DNA from: an uncultured Clostridia bacterium
Lineage (GTDB): Bacteria > Bacillota > Clostridia > TANB77 > CAG-508
Direction of reading: 5' to 3'
Length of the DNA: 64,000 nt
Assembly (NCBI GenBank): GCA_944387495.1
Contig: CALXFD010000002.1
Location: 12,296 to 76,295 of the forward strand
The stretch's first letter is position 1. Every line of letters starts with the position of its first letter. Below are positions 50,082 to 58,541 of this stretch, piece after piece. Both the position numbers and the translations under genes were made by a program. The notes beneath the pieces were generated by a model. The model did no database searches. It worked only from the letters and a program-made list of their open reading frames with translations, and was not told where the DNA came from.

Positions 50082-51293
50082 TTATTGTTTTATAAATTCT
50101 TTTCTATCTCCTAATATCCAATTAATATCTTCATTTGTTTTCCAATATTTTTCTTCTTTTTTAAACTCTTTTTGTATATCTCTCCATAAAATTTTTGCAC
50201 CTTTTGTTTCCATCATATCTTTATTTGTCATTTCTTCTTTTATTTGTTGCATTTTATCTTTATCGACTTTAAATCCTATATCATTTGGATTTATTTTTTG
50301 TGATATAAATGCCATTATTGTTCTATAACATTTTTCACAGTTGCAACAATTTTCTCCATCTTTACTTTTATAGCAAACTCTTAATTTTATATTATCATTG
50401 TTTTTCTTTATATAATCACTTATTTGATTTACTTTTTCTTGTCTATTAAAATCAATACCTTCGCAAAGTACACTTGTACATCCAAATTTTACTTCATCAT
50501 CTATTTGTGGTATTGATGCACAAACAATTCCTTTATCATATTTTGTATATGTTGATGGTATGTATATTGTTTTTAATTTATGTTTATATGCATATGGCGC
50601 TACATTTCCAATTAGTCCTATTCCATGTTGCATTGCATGCCACCAATTGTCATTTAGTATTTCGTGATATTGTCTTTCTAATTCTGAATTGTCAACAAAT
50701 CTTCTTATGGCTGTTTTTATAAGTACATTTTTCAGGTCATACTTTTTTCCTATTTCTTGTATATAACTTTTTACATGTTCCCATCCTTCGGTATTTTCAA
50801 AATCTATATCTGCTCCCCATATTGTAATTAAATCTGGTTTTTCATTCATTTTTCTAATTAGTGTAGAATATGAATCTACTCCTCCACTAAAAAATGTTGC
50901 AGTTTTTTCTATATCAGCATTTTGTTCTTTTATATTATTTTTTACTTTCTTTTTTGCCTTTAATTTACCTTTAAACTCTATATTAGGTAGCATTTCTATA
51001 TAACCTTTTTTTATATTAGGAATAGATTTATAAAATTTTTTGTCAATTTCATCTAAATATATTGTTGCATTATTAACCCATATAATAGGCAATATATTAC
51101 ATATTAACGGAATTACTAAAATACTTTGTGGTACATTTTCTATATCTTCATTATACTGTACAGAAAATAATTCTCCCATCCAAAATATTTTTTTAAAATC
51201 TTCTGTTCCTTCAACTCGGTATTCATAATATATTTTATCTTTAACTGCATAAACTTTATCTATTATAAATTTATTTTTCACTTTATAATTCAT
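50082..51293 (-). CDS. PP-loop (SGGxDS) ATP pyrophosphatase-like protein with a QueC-like Cys cluster; function unknown
   Basis: TATFFSGGVDSYSTL is a PP-loop. The C-terminus carries VCYKSKDGENCCNCEKCYRT. Confidence 0.6.
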   Translation of the reverse strand: MNYKVKNKFIIDKVYAVKDKIYYEYRVEGTEDFKKIFWMGELFSVQYNEDIENVPQSILVIPLICNILPIIWVNNATIYLDEIDKKFYKSIPNIKKGYIEMLPNIEFKGKLKAKKKVKNNIKEQNADIEKTATFFSGGVDSYSTLIRKMNEKPDLITIWGADIDFENTEGWEHVKSYIQEIGKKYDLKNVLIKTAIRRFVDNSELERQYHEILNDNWWHAMQHGIGLIGNVAPYAYKHKLKTIYIPSTYTKYDKGIVCASIPQIDDEVKFGCTSVLCEGIDFNRQEKVNQISDYIKKNNDNIKLRVCYKSKDGENCCNCEKCYRTIMAFISQKINPNDIGFKVDKDKMQQIKEEMTNKDMMETKGAKILWRDIQKEFKKEEKYWKTNEDINWILGDRKEFIKQ

Positions 51294-51339
51294 CCTTCCT
51301 CGTTTTACTAAAAAGGTATATAGATTAATATTTTCTTTA

Positions 51340-52089
51340 TTATCTAGTAGCTTTTACATATGCATCTACAACTTCATCTGTTTTTCCATCCATTTCTATT
51401 TTTCCGTCACGTAGCCATATTGTTCTATCACATAATTTTCTTACAGACTCCATACTATGTGATACGAAAACCATTGTTTTACCTTCTCTTTTTAATTCTC
51501 GCATTTTTTCTAGGCATTTATTTTGGAAATGTTCATCTCCTACTGATAATACCTCGTCAAATAATAAAATATCCGCATCTACATTTATTGCAATTGAAAA
51601 GGCTAATCTCATATACATTCCAGATGAATATGTTCTAACTGGATTATCTATATATGTTCCTAATTCTGAAAATTCTATTATTTGCTCTAATCTACTATCT
51701 ATTTCCTTTCTAGTTAAGCCAAATATGGAAGCATTAAAGTATATATTTTCTCTACCTGAAAAATCAGGATGAAATCCAGCTCCTAACTCTAGTAAAGAAG
51801 TCAATTTTCCATTTGTCTCTATTTTTCCCTTATTTGGATAAATAATTTTTGTCATTAATTTAAGCAATGTTGATTTTCCACTACCATTTGTTCCTATAAG
51901 AGCTACTACTTCTCCTTGTTTTATTTTTAGATTTACACCTTTTAGTACTTCTCTTTTTTCTTTTCTATTTCTTGTAAATAAAAACAATAATCTTTCTTTT
52001 ATTGTATTTGCTTTATCTAAATATACATTAAATACTTTATATACATTATCTACTATAATTTTATATTCTTCTTTTTTTTCTTCACTCAT
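51340..52089 (-). CDS. polysaccharide/teichoic-acid export ABC ATPase (Wzt/TagH-like, no C-terminal glycan-binding domain)
   Basis: GTNGSGKSTLLK (Walker A), YSSGMYMRLAF (signature) and ILLFDEVLSVGD (Walker B). Confidence 0.9.
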   Translation of the reverse strand: MSEEKKEEYKIIVDNVYKVFNVYLDKANTIKERLLFLFTRNRKEKREVLKGVNLKIKQGEVVALIGTNGSGKSTLLKLMTKIIYPNKGKIETNGKLTSLLELGAGFHPDFSGRENIYFNASIFGLTRKEIDSRLEQIIEFSELGTYIDNPVRTYSSGMYMRLAFSIAINVDADILLFDEVLSVGDEHFQNKCLEKMRELKREGKTMVFVSHSMESVRKLCDRTIWLRDGKIEMDGKTDEVVDAYVKATR

Positions 52090-52237
52090 TATGTCGAAAT
52101 CATTCCTTTCTCAAATTTTAATGTCATTATAACAATAATTCTCCTTATTGTAAAGAATTTTATTAATATTTCTTCTGTATATATTTGCCATTTACACACA
52201 TTTTATATATTTTAAATTTATATTTAAAACATATATT

Positions 52238-53131
52238 TTACCCTCTATTTTTAAATTTTATTTTTGTTTTTAACATACCTGGAAATAATAATAAAATTAC
52301 TAATAATTTATTTTCTATTCCTTTTACATTTTTTAATAATCTTCTATTTTTAGTCAATGTTGCAAATAATATATAATGTTTTATTACATATAATCTTTTA
52401 TTCCATAACACACCTTTCATATCATGTTCAAAGATTTCCTTGAAATATTCATAATATCCATAAGGGTATTTCTTAAATTGCTCAATGATATTTTTAGTAT
52501 ACCCATCTTCTTTATATTCACATACCATTATTGGCTTATTTATGCATAACATTTTATATTTTAAATCCATTTTATGATACATTCTTGCTTCTGTTATAAA
52601 TTTCTCATTTTTCTCTAATTCATATTTATATTTTTTTCTAATATCTGTTTTAAAAACTATTGCTTTTTCTCCATCTTCTCCTTCTTTAAAATATAAATCA
52701 AACATGGTTGTTTTTCTATTTTTAAATTCTTTTCCAATATTTTTTCCATTCTGATTATGTTTTAAAAAGCATAATGCATATATATCTTCTTCATTTTTAT
52801 TTTTTTCTATCTCCTCTTTTATTATTTTAAAAGCATCATTCGTAAAATAATCATCTGAATCACATTCTATTATATATTCTCCTGTTACATTTGGAATTAA
52901 ATTATTTATTGCGTTCATTTTACCTTGATTTGTTTGTTTATAATATTTTATAGATAATTTATTTTCTTGTATAAATTCTTTCACCTTATTTTCTGTATCA
53001 TCTGCCGAACCATCATCCATAATAAGCCATTCTATCTCAATTTCATATTTTGAATTTTCTATTAAGCTTTCATATAAATTTTTTAATAAATTACCTCTAT
53101 TATATGTTGGGGTTAATATTGATATTTTCAT
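52238..53131 (-). CDS. GT2 family glycosyltransferase
   Basis: ISILTPTYNRGNLL, MDDGSADDT and ECDSDD (DxD). Confidence 0.85.
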   Translation of the reverse strand: MKISILTPTYNRGNLLKNLYESLIENSKYEIEIEWLIMDDGSADDTENKVKEFIQENKLSIKYYKQTNQGKMNAINNLIPNVTGEYIIECDSDDYFTNDAFKIIKEEIEKNKNEEDIYALCFLKHNQNGKNIGKEFKNRKTTMFDLYFKEGEDGEKAIVFKTDIRKKYKYELEKNEKFITEARMYHKMDLKYKMLCINKPIMVCEYKEDGYTKNIIEQFKKYPYGYYEYFKEIFEHDMKGVLWNKRLYVIKHYILFATLTKNRRLLKNVKGIENKLLVILLLFPGMLKTKIKFKNRG

Positions 53132-53214
53132 TTAATATAATCCTCACTTTTTTGTCTTTTTCAGTTACATATTATCATTTTATTGTATTTTTTTCAATAG
53201 AACAAACTTTTACT

Positions 53215-53260
53215 TAATACAAAATTAACGATTATGCATGTTTATAGCATAATCGTTAAT
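53215..53260 (-). terminator. rho-independent terminator after the 238-aa gene
   Basis: Perfect 14 bp stem (53224-53237 with 53247-53260) and a 9 nt loop. On the minus strand ttttgtatt follows it. Confidence 0.7.
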
Positions 53261-53264
53261 CTTT

Positions 53265-53981
53265 CTAAATATTCATTATACTTTCCAATATTTCTGAATC
53301 AGTTAGCTTTTTAGCCTTGTTTGTTGTAACTTCTATAATCACATAATTTTCAGAACTATATGGTTCATAAATTTGGTATGGATCCATTTGTTCAAATGGA
53401 TATTCTACTACTTCTCCTGTCATATCATCTCTTACATAACAAGTTCCAGAAATATCTATAATATATGTTTTTCCGTCTGATAGTTTTTCATATAATTTTT
53501 CATAATCTTTATTTATATTTTTTGTTTTTGTAGTTAAATATCCTTGTTCATCTATTGTAAATTCAGTTACTCCTACATTGTTTAATATTTCTTGAAATCC
53601 GCTTCTTGAATTTTCTGAAATCCATACTCCTGATTTATTTGGTGCTTTTTCCCAAGATTCATTTATTTCTTCTATGGTAGGCATTGCTTGTTTTACAATA
53701 CCTGCCCATACTGTTTGTACTTGTACACTTGGTTTTATTTCTAGCACTTCTCTACCATCATATTCTTTTTCTACTTGATAGATATTTGTATCTGCTGTCG
53801 CTCCTGTTTCATTTTTTATTTCTTCAACTTTTTCTTCCGTTTGAATTGTATTTTCTATATCACTATTGATTGCATTACCATTTTGTTCTTTGTTTGTTAC
53901 TTTATATATTGTTACAATTATTAATGCAATTGCTACAATCACTAATATTACTACTGGTATAATTATTTTTTTATTTTTCAT
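53265..53981 (-). CDS. hypothetical membrane-anchored protein
   Basis: 238 aa with an N-terminal TM (IIIPVVILVIVAIALIIVTIY). It sits 3 nt downstream of the M14/ricin gene. No motif I recognise. Confidence 0.55.
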   Translation of the reverse strand: MKNKKIIIPVVILVIVAIALIIVTIYKVTNKEQNGNAINSDIENTIQTEEKVEEIKNETGATADTNIYQVEKEYDGREVLEIKPSVQVQTVWAGIVKQAMPTIEEINESWEKAPNKSGVWISENSRSGFQEILNNVGVTEFTIDEQGYLTTKTKNINKDYEKLYEKLSDGKTYIIDISGTCYVRDDMTGEVVEYPFEQMDPYQIYEPYSSENYVIIEVTTNKAKKLTDSEILESIMNI

Positions 53982-53984
53982 TAA

Positions 53985-56900
53985 TTATACCCCCTTTAAC
54001 ATATTTATTGTGGCATTAATATATTTTTGTGCATAATTTCTATTTAATGTATCTTGATGACTATATACTTGTGGTAATTCTATTAATGCTGACCTTGCAG
54101 TTCTGTTTCCATTTCCTAATGATTTTCTTGCCCAGTTTACTAGATATCCTCTTCCATAACTTCCAATATGTGTACTTATTCCAAATTGACTTCTATAAAA
54201 TCCACCTAATCCATTATCTCCAATAGTTTCATTTAACCATCCATGTAAATCTATTAATAATGTTTGACCTGATGATGATTTATGGCTTAGCATGAAGTCT
54301 CTTAAATATCTACTTTCATATGCTTCAAATCCTGATGTTCCATTATAATTTCTGTCATCATTATATCTTGGATAACTTTCCCCACTTACTGACCAGTTTC
54401 TATTCATATCTATTCCTTTATTTCCTGGTGCTGCGCTATATAATGTAGTTCTTCCTGGTCCATTATTTGTCCATCCATGATATGCACCATCTGGGTTTAA
54501 ACATGGGAATATATATACTGTCCAATTGTTTATAATTGACTCCTCTGAACTATTTTGCATATAATTTTTGAATTGTTCTGCTATATATACTAATTCTTGT
54601 CCATCATTACTATATGAATCTTCAAATCCATGTATTGAAAATGTTGCAAATAATACATTTGGCCCTTTTCCTATTTTATAATATTTAAGGTCACTACCTC
54701 TCCAATCTCCTGCAACTTTATATCCAGATTGTCCATATGTTCCTTCTTGATAAAATCTTCTAAATCCTGTTACAAATCTGAATTTTTGTGCATTTGCACT
54801 ATTATTTTTATTGTATACTTTTACATTAGTTCCATTTGCAGTACTAGCATTATTGATGTCTATATATAATCCATTATATTTTGAAATTATATTATAATAT
54901 CCATTTCCAGTTTCTCTAATTTCCCATTTTTGATTTAAACTATTATTGTATGTTGACTGATATACATTATTTGTATTTGTATCAACTGTTAATACTTTAT
55001 TTGAATGTTTAGCTCTAAATATACATCCTCCATCTACATATTCTAGTGTAAATCTTTGTTGATTTACATTATCTGCTTGCCAAATTTGGACATTTGCATA
55101 ATCTGCTAGATTTCCCCCTGATACATCCAATATTTTATTACTATCTAATGCAGTTTCAATTTCATATGTTCCTGCATTTACAATTTCTATTGGCTCTAAT
55201 TTGAATTTTTGAGCATCTGTATTATTGAAAAAATATACTTGCACATTTGTACCATTTTTATTAGATAATCCTCCTTGAATATCTAATGCTAAATTATTAC
55301 ATTTTGAAATTATATTATAATACCCACCATCTGTTTTCTTTATTGACCATTTTTGTGAGTCTGTCTTATTACTTTCATATTGTGCAACATTTGTTCCTAC
55401 TTCTTGTTTACCTTCCTGTACATCAAGTACTTTTCCTGAATTTATACTTGTTATTGTATAAAAACCTGTATCATCTATTTGCTCTATTCTAAATTTTTGT
55501 TGCTGTACTTTTGTATTTCCCCATATTTGTACATTGGCAAAATTATCTTGTTTTCCAGCGTCTATATCTAAAACTTTATTATTTTTCAAAACAATTTGGT
55601 ATACTCCATCTGCTATTGCATCTTTTTGTGGTTCAACATTTTTATATTCTTTTATATTGAATTCTTGATTTTTTAAACCATTCTTATGATAAACTTTTAA
55701 TATTGTTCCTGCATTAGAATTTTCTGCTGTTAGATATAATCCGTTTAATTTAGAGACTATATTATATGTTCCTTTTTCATTCTTTTTTATAATCCATTTT
55801 TGAGCATTTGTATTATTGTACTCATATTGCCAAATTTTTGTACCTGCCTCTCCAACACCATTTTCTACATCTAGTACTTTTCCTGAATTTTTATTAACTA
55901 TTTTATAATATCCATCTTTTGTAAATTCAAGATTAAATCTTTGTGCTAATGCATTATTTTGACCTTCTAATTCTACATATGCGCCTGATGACTTGGAAGA
56001 ATTATCAATATCTAATAACATTTCAGTATGCAAACTTGTAAAAAGATTATATGTACCATTTTGTAAGACTTGTTCAGATACAAAGTCCTCTTTTGGTACT
56101 AATATCCATTTTTGTGCATTAGTTCCATTAGGTTTATATTGTTGCACATTTGCTCCACTTTTTTTACTTCCTCCTGCAATATCTAAGCACATTTCACTTT
56201 CTTTTGAAAATATTGTTACTGTTCCATCTGTATTTTTTCTTATAATCCATTTTTGTGCATCACTATTTACACTACTTCCTTGAAACACATTTCCACCTGA
56301 TGAATAATCATTTTCTTTTATTGATATAGGTTTATTAGAATTTTGATTTAATATTGTATAATACCCATCACTTCCATATGTTATCATAAAATTTTGAGCT
56401 TTTGTTCCATTATCTGCATAAATTTGCACATTTGCATTTGTAGCTGTTGAGCCCCCTGTTATATCCAAAGATTTTGTTTGGTCCAAATATGATATTATTT
56501 TATATTCTCCATCTTCTATTGTTTTCTTACTCTCCATAGCTGGTCTAGACTTAAATGTAAATCTTTGAGCAGGTGTTTTATTAAACTCATAAACTTGTAC
56601 ATTTGTACCATTATTACTCTTACCCTCATTAATATCTAAAGAATAATTAAGGTTTAACTTTGAAAGCAAATAATATGAATTATCACCTGCTTTTACTAAT
56701 TTCCATTTTTGTGCATCAGTATTATTTCTTTCATATTGCCATACATTTGCACCATTATGTATTACACCATTTTGAATGTCTAAAACTTTTCCTGAATTTT
56801 TATTCATTATTTCATAATATCCATCTGATGTTTTTATTAATCTAAATATTTGTGCCGCTGTATTGTTGCTTTCATATATTTGAACATTTGCAGAACTACT

Positions 56901-57092
56901 CTCTGAGCCATTAGCAATATCTATTACCTTATTCTCTCCCACTCCAACATAAATTGTATAAAGTCCCTCTGGCAATTGTTCGTTATCTGCATTTACTCTT
57001 GTTATAAACATTAATTGCGATATACTAAATAATAAAAAAAATAGTAAAACTAAAATTGTTCTTTTGATTTTCATACAAACCTCTCCCTTCAT
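53985..57092 (-). CDS. secreted peptidase: five ricin-B lectin domains plus a C-terminal M14 zinc carboxypeptidase-like domain
   Basis: Signal peptide, with a likely ATG at 57074 after gggagagg. Five QxW-type beta-trefoil repeats. The C-terminus carries IHGFE (HxxE), NPDGAYHGW, GIDMNRNW and DLHGW, typical of M14. Confidence 0.8.
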   Translation of the reverse strand: MKGEVCMKIKRTILVLLFFLLFSISQLMFITRVNADNEQLPEGLYTIYVGVGENKVIDIANGSESSSANVQIYESNNTAAQIFRLIKTSDGYYEIMNKNSGKVLDIQNGVIHNGANVWQYERNNTDAQKWKLVKAGDNSYYLLSKLNLNYSLDINEGKSNNGTNVQVYEFNKTPAQRFTFKSRPAMESKKTIEDGEYKIISYLDQTKSLDITGGSTATNANVQIYADNGTKAQNFMITYGSDGYYTILNQNSNKPISIKENDYSSGGNVFQGSSVNSDAQKWIIRKNTDGTVTIFSKESEMCLDIAGGSKKSGANVQQYKPNGTNAQKWILVPKEDFVSEQVLQNGTYNLFTSLHTEMLLDIDNSSKSSGAYVELEGQNNALAQRFNLEFTKDGYYKIVNKNSGKVLDVENGVGEAGTKIWQYEYNNTNAQKWIIKKNEKGTYNIVSKLNGLYLTAENSNAGTILKVYHKNGLKNQEFNIKEYKNVEPQKDAIADGVYQIVLKNNKVLDIDAGKQDNFANVQIWGNTKVQQQKFRIEQIDDTGFYTITSINSGKVLDVQEGKQEVGTNVAQYESNKTDSQKWSIKKTDGGYYNIISKCNNLALDIQGGLSNKNGTNVQVYFFNNTDAQKFKLEPIEIVNAGTYEIETALDSNKILDVSGGNLADYANVQIWQADNVNQQRFTLEYVDGGCIFRAKHSNKVLTVDTNTNNVYQSTYNNSLNQKWEIRETGNGYYNIISKYNGLYIDINNASTANGTNVKVYNKNNSANAQKFRFVTGFRRFYQEGTYGQSGYKVAGDWRGSDLKYYKIGKGPNVLFATFSIHGFEDSYSNDGQELVYIAEQFKNYMQNSSEESIINNWTVYIFPCLNPDGAYHGWTNNGPGRTTLYSAAPGNKGIDMNRNWSVSGESYPRYNDDRNYNGTSGFEAYESRYLRDFMLSHKSSSGQTLLIDLHGWLNETIGDNGLGGFYRSQFGISTHIGSYGRGYLVNWARKSLGNGNRTARSALIELPQVYSHQDTLNRNYAQKYINATINMLKGV
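54780..56970 (-). repeat. tandem coding repeats: five ricin-B modules
   Basis: Recurrent ...AQ.F.(L/I)....DGYY...NSGKVLD(I/V)...NV.QYE.NNT.AQKW... blocks within the 1035-aa ORF. Boundaries are approximate. Confidence 0.65.
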
Positions 57093-57164
57093 TACAATTT
57101 TAGTTTACTATTTTTCGACTAATTAGTCAATCACTTTTACATATATTTTCATGACATTTAAGTT

Positions 57165-58127
57165 CTAAATTTTCGCAACCTTCCTAATTGCTTGAACTAT
57201 TTTTTCCTTTACTTCTTCAAGATTTCCTTTTACTAATGCACCTGCTGCTTTTGGATGACCTCCGCCACCAAATATATAACATATATCAGACACATTTGCT
57301 TTACTGTTATTACTAGCTCTCATTGATACTTTAAATGCTTTTTCATCTTCTCTTTCTCTAACAAATACAGAAATTTCTACTCCTTCTATTCCTCTTGCTA
57401 GTTCTACTATTCCTTCATGGTCTCCAAATTGTGCATTTACATCTTTCATATCTTTTTCAGTTATATATGTAAATGCTACTTTACCATCTTCTAGGAATTC
57501 TAGTCTATCCGTCGCTATTCTTAAAAGCTCGAAATTTGCTTTTGTTTTTGTTTCTAATACTCTATAATAAATATCTGAAACATTTACACCTTTTCTTAGT
57601 AATTCTGCTGTAAATTCAAATGTTTCTGCTGTTACACTTGAATGTTTAAATCCTCCTGTGTCTGTTATTATTCCTGTTAATATACAGCTTCCTGTATCTA
57701 TATCTATGTCTATATCCCAATATTCAAGCATTCCTGCTAAAATTTCACAACATGCTGGTGCTACTGGGTTTACATAGTTGATTTCACCATACATGGTATT
57801 GCTACCATGATGGTCTATTACTATTTTTCGTTTAGCTTTTTCAAATAATTCTTTTCCGTCTAATCTATTTAATGTTGCACAATCTACTGATATTGCTAAA
57901 TCATATGTTTTAATTTCTATTTCATTTTTTACATCTTCTGCTTGTGGTAAAAAGCTAAATGTTTTAGGGAATTGTGTTATAACTACATCTACATTTTTTC
58001 CTAGCTTTTGTAATATTAAATTCATTGCAAGTGAGCTACCTATTGCATCTCCATCTGGTGTTTCATGTGTTAAAACTACAATGTTTTCAGCTTTTTTTAT
58101 TTCTTCTAATATATTATCTAATGTCAT
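57165..58127 (-). CDS. nrnA: DHH-family phosphoesterase NrnA (oligoribonuclease / pAp phosphatase)
   Basis: HETPDGDAIGS, IDHH and GGGHPKAAG. The ATG at 58127 follows agggagg. Confidence 0.85.
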   Translation of the reverse strand: MTLDNILEEIKKAENIVVLTHETPDGDAIGSSLAMNLILQKLGKNVDVVITQFPKTFSFLPQAEDVKNEIEIKTYDLAISVDCATLNRLDGKELFEKAKRKIVIDHHGSNTMYGEINYVNPVAPACCEILAGMLEYWDIDIDIDTGSCILTGIITDTGGFKHSSVTAETFEFTAELLRKGVNVSDIYYRVLETKTKANFELLRIATDRLEFLEDGKVAFTYITEKDMKDVNAQFGDHEGIVELARGIEGVEISVFVREREDEKAFKVSMRASNNSKANVSDICYIFGGGGHPKAAGALVKGNLEEVKEKIVQAIRKVAKI

Positions 58128-58162
58128 GATAGAACCTCCCTTTGCTAAACACATTATTTTAG

Positions 58163-58525
58163 CTAGTTTTCTTCTTTTTTAGGTAATATTTCTTTTAATA
58201 TTGTATCAATTCTTGCTCCATATTCTATTGAATCATCTAATACAAAGATTAATTCTGGTGTGTTTCTTAAATTTACTCTTTTTGCTAATTCACTTCTTAT
58301 ATAACCTGATGATTTTTTTAATGCTGCTAATGTTTCTTTTACATTTTTTGAATTTAATATGCTTACATAAACTTTTGCAAATTTTAGGTCATTTGTTACT
58401 TTTACTTTTGTAACACTTATAAGACCTGTTGCATTTGGATTTTTTAATTCATACCCTATAATGTGGCTTATTTCTTTTCTATACTCTTCGTCAATTCTAC
58501 CTAGTCTATTATTATTAGTTGGCAT
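58163..58525 (-). CDS. rbfA: ribosome-binding factor A
   Basis: 120 aa. It contains LISVTKVKVTNDLKFAKVYVS, and it follows infB. Confidence 0.92.
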   Translation of the reverse strand: MPTNNNRLGRIDEEYRKEISHIIGYELKNPNATGLISVTKVKVTNDLKFAKVYVSILNSKNVKETLAALKKSSGYIRSELAKRVNLRNTPELIFVLDDSIEYGARIDTILKEILPKKEEN

Positions 58526-58541
58526 AATAACCTCCTTTTGC

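Noticed and set aside
57116-57127. A 12 bp perfect palindrome, gactaattagtc, between the nrnA stop and the start of the ricin/M14 peptidase gene.
   Set aside because: It is a single short AT-rich palindrome with no partner site and no adjacent regulator, so it is not distinguishable from chance.
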